Source of the DNA: a virus
Virus record (IMG/VR): IMGVR_UViG_3300032298_000424
Location: 5,202-69,201 of that record
Length of the DNA stretch: 64,000 nt
Reading direction: 5' to 3' (one strand)
Shown here piece by piece: positions 59,549 to 64,000 of the stretch. The position numbers and the translations under genes were made by a program. The notes below the pieces were generated by a model. It was not told the origin of the DNA, ran no database searches, and saw nothing but the letters and a program-made list of their open reading frames with translations. Within the stretch, counting starts at the first letter, position 1. Each line of letters starts with the position of its first letter.

Positions 59549-61150
59549 ATGGAATTATTCGGCTTCGAAATATCACGTAAAAAGCAAGAAGAAGAACAAG
59601 CGAAGAAACAATCGTTTGTTGCACCTGACATTGATGACGGTGCGACCGTTGTTTCTGAGGGTGGGTACTATGGTCAATACGTAGATATCGAGGGCACTAA
59701 GGCTAAGGATGACTCGGACTTAATTAAAAAGTACCGTGAGATCTCTCTTTATCCTGAGTGTGATGCTGCCATCACGGATATCGTTAATGAAGCTATCGTA
59801 GCTGATGATGATGTTCAACCCGTTGATATTATTACTGATGATATTAAATATTCAGAAACAATTAAAAAACTAATTAAACAAGAGTTTGATAATGTAGTTA
59901 AGTTATTAAAGTTCAACTATCAATCTCATGATATATTCCGCAAATGGTATGTTGATGGTAGAATATACTATCACATGATTATCGATGAAAAAAATCCTAA
60001 AGCAGGTATTCTAGAATTACGCCCAATAGATTCTATTAAGATTCGTAAAGTTCGTTCAGTTATTGAAGAAAAAGATAAAGCTACTGGCGCGAAGATGGTA
60101 AAAGGCTTTAATGAATTTTACATCTATAACGATTCGTTGATGGGTAACTATGCAAATCCAGGTGGATTTGGTGGTCCTCGTACACAAGGTCTTAAGATTG
60201 CTAAAGACTCTATCGTTCATGTTCCATCTGGTTTGATCGATAGCACTTCTAAGAAGATGCTTTCATATCTTTATAAAGCATTGAAACCTGTAAATCAATT
60301 GCGTATGATGGAAGATTCACTTGTCATCTATCGTATGGCTCGTGCACCAGAACGTCGTATATTCTACATCGATGTAGGTAATTTGCCTAAAGGTAAAGCT
60401 GAATCATATCTTCGCGATATCATGGCAAGATATAAGAACAAGATTGTTTATGATGCTACTACTGGTGAGATTAGAGATGATCGCAAACACATGGCTATGC
60501 TGGAAGATTTTTGGTTACCACGTCGTGAAGGCGGTAAAGGTACTGAGATCTCTACATTACCCGGTGGTGAAAATCTTGGACAAATCGAAGATATTATCTA
60601 CTTCCAGAAAAAACTATATCGTTCTTTAAACGTACCGATGTCTCGTATGGAGACAGAAAATAGTGGCTTCTCTCTTGGACGTTCTAATGAGATATCAAGA
60701 GATGAGTTAAAATTTCATAAGTTTGTAAGTCGTCTTCGTAAGAAGTTTGCTGACTTGTTTATGCAAGTCTTAAGGTCACAATTGATCTTAAAAGGTGTTA
60801 TCTCAAGAGAAGATTGGGAAAGCATCAAAGAAGATCTAATCATTGACTTTAAGAAAGATAACTATTTTGCAGAGCTTAAAAATAGTGAAATCTTAAGAGA
60901 GCGTATGCAGACACTGGCATTGGTTGATCCTTTTGCTGGCAAATACTATTCACAAATGTGGATCCGTAAACATATCCTTCAACAATCTGATCAAGATATT
61001 GAAGAAATGGATATGCAAATGGAGCAAGAACCTCCATCGCAGCAAGAACTAATGATGATGCAACAACAGCAAGCTGAAGCGCCTGCTGAACCAACCCCTG
61101 ATCAACCCGCTAATCCTTTGTTAGCGACTGATCAAAATACTAACGCGTGA
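59549..61150 (+). CDS. gp20: Portal protein
   Basis: LFGF.I, FRKWYVDGR, NQLRMMEDSLVIYR..RAPERRIFYIDVGNLPK, EDFWLPRREGGKGTEI.TLPGG. Confidence 0.97.
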   Translation: MELFGFEISRKKQEEEQAKKQSFVAPDIDDGATVVSEGGYYGQYVDIEGTKAKDDSDLIKKYREISLYPECDAAITDIVNEAIVADDDVQPVDIITDDIKYSETIKKLIKQEFDNVVKLLKFNYQSHDIFRKWYVDGRIYYHMIIDEKNPKAGILELRPIDSIKIRKVRSVIEEKDKATGAKMVKGFNEFYIYNDSLMGNYANPGGFGGPRTQGLKIAKDSIVHVPSGLIDSTSKKMLSYLYKALKPVNQLRMMEDSLVIYRMARAPERRIFYIDVGNLPKGKAESYLRDIMARYKNKIVYDATTGEIRDDRKHMAMLEDFWLPRREGGKGTEISTLPGGENLGQIEDIIYFQKKLYRSLNVPMSRMETENSGFSLGRSNEISRDELKFHKFVSRLRKKFADLFMQVLRSQLILKGVISREDWESIKEDLIIDFKKDNYFAELKNSEILRERMQTLALVDPFAGKYYSQMWIRKHILQQSDQDIEEMDMQMEQEPPSQQELMMMQQQQAEAPAEPTPDQPANPLLATDQNTNA

Positions 61151-61163
61151 AAGCGCAATATTT

Positions 61164-61171
61164 TATAAATA
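61164..61171 (+). promoter_or_regulatory. T4-type late promoter TATAAATA upstream of gp67
   Basis: Exact match. Confidence 0.8.
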
Positions 61172-61186
61172 TATTGAAAGAAGGCA

Positions 61187-61444
61187 ATGATGAGTGAATT
61201 AGCAAATGATTTGTTAGACGCTATCGCATCTGGTAACCAAGAACAAATGCGTGCTAGATTTGATGGTGTTATGAATAATAAGATTAATGATGCCCTTCAA
61301 GCTAGGAAGATAGAGCTTGCCCAAAGCATTTATGGTCAAGTACAAGCGAAAGCTGAACAAGAAGAAGCTCTTCCAGTTGATGATGCTGAAGTAGAAGAAC
61401 AACCCGAAACGGTAGCATCTGAAGATGGAACTAAAGAAGCTTAA
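61187..61444 (+). CDS. gp67: Prohead core protein, gp67-like
   Basis: Small acidic ORF directly after portal, in the T4 gp67 position. Confidence 0.6.
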   Translation: MMSELANDLLDAIASGNQEQMRARFDGVMNNKINDALQARKIELAQSIYGQVQAKAEQEEALPVDDAEVEEQPETVASEDGTKEA

Positions 61445-61625
61445 GGATATTCGTGAAAGCGGAAAGATTTTATTAAGCCTTCCCGCTGGCACAGATAAAG
61501 TCGAGGTCAAAGAGACTCTCGGCATGTATTACATTTATATAAACGACTTAAAGGTAGAAACCTTTAGGACTAAAGAAACGGCTTTAGAAGTTGCTAATGA
61601 AGCAGCTCAAGCTTTAGGGACATAA
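61425..61625 (+). CDS. Small prohead-associated protein (gp68 position)
   Basis: Synteny between gp67 and gp21 only. Confidence 0.45.
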   Translation: MELKKLKDIRESGKILLSLPAGTDKVEVKETLGMYYIYINDLKVETFRTKETALEVANEAAQALGT

Positions 61626-61627
61626 GA

Positions 61628-62275
61628 ATGAAACTAATTACAGAACAAATTGATTCAGACATTCAGGTTATAACTGAAGCTAAACAAAACGGATCTAAAG
61701 ACTTCTTCATTGAAGGCATCTTTATGATGGCTGATTCGAAAAATCGTAATGGTCGTGTATATGAATCCAAGATTTTAAAACCTGCTGTTGAAAAATATAT
61801 TCAAGAGCAAGTTAAACAAGGTAGAGCTGTTGGTGAACTTAACCATCCTGATGGCCCAACAATTAACCTTGACAAAGTTTCTCACCTAATTACAGACCTT
61901 CGCTTTGAAGGTAATAATGTAATAGGTAAGGCAAAAATCCTAAACACACCTATGGGTCAAATCGTAAAAGGTTTGCTCGAAGGCGGTGTAAAATTAGGAG
62001 TATCATCTCGTGGTATGGGTAGTCTTGAGGAAAGAAACGGTCAAAACTATGTGAAAGATGATTTTCACTTAGCTACCGTTGATATCGTCCAAGATCCATC
62101 TGCGCCTGCTGCTTTCGTTAACGGAATCATGGAAGGTGTAGAATGGATTGTTGAGAACGGTATTTTTAAACCTCAAGAAATTGAAAAGATTGAGACTGAA
62201 ATTAAGAGAACGCCAAAGGCTCAGCTAGCTGAAGCTCAAGTACGTGTTTTCCAACATTTCCTCTCTAAACTTTAA
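61628..62275 (+). CDS. gp21: Prohead core protease
   Basis: IEGIF, NRNGRVY, GELNHP, VSH, GVSSRGMGS, D.V.DPSAP.AFV.GIME. Confidence 0.96.
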   Translation: MKLITEQIDSDIQVITEAKQNGSKDFFIEGIFMMADSKNRNGRVYESKILKPAVEKYIQEQVKQGRAVGELNHPDGPTINLDKVSHLITDLRFEGNNVIGKAKILNTPMGQIVKGLLEGGVKLGVSSRGMGSLEERNGQNYVKDDFHLATVDIVQDPSAPAAFVNGIMEGVEWIVENGIFKPQEIEKIETEIKRTPKAQLAEAQVRVFQHFLSKL

Positions 62276-62293
62276 CACTAAGGAGTGATTTGA

Positions 62294-63364
62294 ATGTCAC
62301 AACAAGATCTTAATAAAGGTCAATTAGACGACGTAAAGCTTAGTGATGAACAACTCGTTGAAGTTTCTGAGGAACTAGCTGAAGATGCAGCAGCAACTGT
62401 AGCCGCAAAGGGAGACGCTAAGTCTGCCAAATACGGTCAAGATGCTGATTTCCAAGACGACAAGCCTAAAACGCTTGCTGATCTGGGAGCTACTAAGACA
62501 GCTGAAGCCCCTAAAACTAAATCGGGTATCATTGCTGCAACAGTTGAAAAATTGTCTAGCTTGAAAAAAGAAGATCTTCAGGTTATCTACGGTAAGCTTT
62601 TCTCTGAAGAGTCTACTGAAGAAGTTAAAGAAGCAGCAGTTGCAATCGATGTATCAGAAGACCTAAAAGCTCTTGTTGATTCAGATGCAAATCTTTCAGA
62701 AGAATTCAAAGAGAAATCTGCGGTTCTATTTGAAGCAGCTTTAACATCTCGCGTAGCTGTAGAAAAAAATAAACTTGAAGAGCAGTATCAATCTAACTTA
62801 GACGAAGCTGTAGAAGGCATTCGTTCAGAACTCGTTGAGAAGATCGACGGTTACTTGAACTATGTTGTAGAACAGTGGATGGAAGAAAATGAACTTGCTG
62901 TAGAGACTGGCCTCCGTGCTGAGATCGCAGAAAGCTTTATTGACTCTCTAAAAACTGTATTCGTTGAACACTACATTGATGTTCCAGAAGGTAAAGTCGA
63001 TCTAGTCGACGGTTTAGCCGAACAAGTTGAAGAACTTGAAGGTCAATTACAAGCTCACACTGAAAAAGCTGTTGCGCTTGCACAGAAAGTTGAAGAACTT
63101 TCACGTGAAAAAATTGTCCGTGAAGCTACTGAAGGTATGATCGCGACTGATGCTGAAAAGCTTAAGTCACTCGTTGAAGGTATTGACTTTGATGACGCTG
63201 AATCTTTCACTAAGAAAGTTATCATCGTTAAAGAAGCTCACTTCAAGGGTACAGCACCTACAACAATCAGTGAAGAAACAGACGAACAACCTGCAGAACA
63301 AACTACTGCTTCTCCACGTATGGCAGCTTATATGAGCGCTATATCCCGTACTACTAAAAAATAA
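62294..63364 (+). CDS. gp22: Prohead scaffolding protein
   Basis: LSEEFK.K...FEAA, YL.YVVEQW..EN..A...G.R.E..ESF, M.AY..AI. Confidence 0.92.
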   Translation: MSQQDLNKGQLDDVKLSDEQLVEVSEELAEDAAATVAAKGDAKSAKYGQDADFQDDKPKTLADLGATKTAEAPKTKSGIIAATVEKLSSLKKEDLQVIYGKLFSEESTEEVKEAAVAIDVSEDLKALVDSDANLSEEFKEKSAVLFEAALTSRVAVEKNKLEEQYQSNLDEAVEGIRSELVEKIDGYLNYVVEQWMEENELAVETGLRAEIAESFIDSLKTVFVEHYIDVPEGKVDLVDGLAEQVEELEGQLQAHTEKAVALAQKVEELSREKIVREATEGMIATDAEKLKSLVEGIDFDDAESFTKKVIIVKEAHFKGTAPTTISEETDEQPAEQTTASPRMAAYMSAISRTTKK

Positions 63365-63378
63365 AGAGGAAACATAAA

Positions 63379-64000
63379 ATGTTTTTAGCTGAACAAGCAC
63401 AACAAAAATGGGCTGAAGTCCTAGATCACTCAGATCTTCCAGCGATTAAAGACCCATACAAACGCGCAGTTACTGCCGTTATTTTAGAAAACCAAGAGAA
63501 GGCACTTGCTGAAGAGCGTGCACAATCTTCTTATGGTTCATTAAACGAAGCTGCTCCAACAAACGCAACTGGTGGCAGCATTGCAAACTTTGACCCAATC
63601 TTAATCAGCTTGGTTCGTCGTTCAATGCCTAACCTTATCGCTTATGACATCGCTGGTGTACAACCAATGTCAGGTCCAACTGGTTTGATCTTCGCGATGA
63701 AATCACGTTACACATCACAAAGCGGTACAGAAGCACTTTACAACGAAGCTGATACAGATTTCTCATCATCTTCATTCAGTGGTTCTACACCAACTAACAA
63801 GAATGGTACACATGGTGGTACATCTGATGGCTTGCCAGGTACAGACACAACAGTTAACACTGGTGGTTCTGCTACTGCTGGTACAGCCGCTGCTGATACA
63901 ATCGCTGATGACTTCGGTCTTGGTGGTGGTATGACTACAGCTGAGTCTGAAGCTTTAGGTGATTCTTCAACTAATTCTTTCGCTCAAATGGCATTCAGCA
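63379..64000 (+). CDS. gp23: Major capsid protein, N-terminal part (truncated by window end)
   Basis: ATG at 63379: MFLAEQAQQKWAEVL...AVTAVILENQE...FDPILISLVRRSMPNLIAYDIAGVQPMSGPTGLIFAMKSRY. Confidence 0.96.
   Translation, partial: MFLAEQAQQKWAEVLDHSDLPAIKDPYKRAVTAVILENQEKALAEERAQSSYGSLNEAAPTNATGGSIANFDPILISLVRRSMPNLIAYDIAGVQPMSGPTGLIFAMKSRYTSQSGTEALYNEADTDFSSSSFSGSTPTNKNGTHGGTSDGLPGTDTTVNTGGSATAGTAAADTIADDFGLGGGMTTAESEALGDSSTNSFAQMAFS

Noticed and set aside
54488-61150. Introns or inteins in terminase, sheath or portal
   Set aside because: ORFs are uninterrupted and of ordinary length, with no intein or endonuclease motifs
4580-63400. Numerous short antisense or alternate-frame ORFs in the track (e.g. 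6414-6680, 11417-11710, 19087-19446, 43592-43999, 56754-57134)
   Set aside because: They lie within well-supported genes, lack RBS or motifs, and reflect codon bias of the real frame
1-64000. Specific host assignment (cyanobacterium, SAR11, methylotroph)
   Set aside because: Gene content resembles aquatic T4-like phages, but no host-diagnostic genes are in this window

Overview
This window is the virion morphogenesis region of an AT-rich T4-like myovirus. It carries the baseplate genes (gp26/54/2/4 on the minus strand; gp48, 53, 27, 5, 25, 6, 7, 8 and a VrlC-like protein on the plus strand), many tail-fibre/adhesin-like genes, then neck, terminase, tail sheath/tube, portal, prohead genes and the start of the major capsid gene gp23. 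Several T4-type late promoters (TATAAATA) are present. Two enzyme islands are embedded in this structural module. Island 1 (about 20.1-29.2 kb) looks like a phage-encoded RiPP-like / protein-modification system. It has a 68-aa peptide ending in CxCxCxCxC, translationally coupled to four consecutive radical-SAM genes and a DUF3050 heme-oxygenase-like gene, plus an inverted class-III PLP aminotransferase. The peptide's leader shares a ~31-residue motif ending HxH..DD with a neighbouring 128-aa protein that lies just downstream of a tail-fibre gene. Island 2 (about 39.8-49.4 kb) follows two paralogous fibre-tip genes. It encodes a U32-like/methyltransferase fusion, a flavin-dependent halogenase, two 2OG-Fe(II) oxygenases, a permease, an outer-membrane beta-barrel and Dps. 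All family assignments come from motifs recognised by eye; no searches were run. The host cannot be determined from this window.
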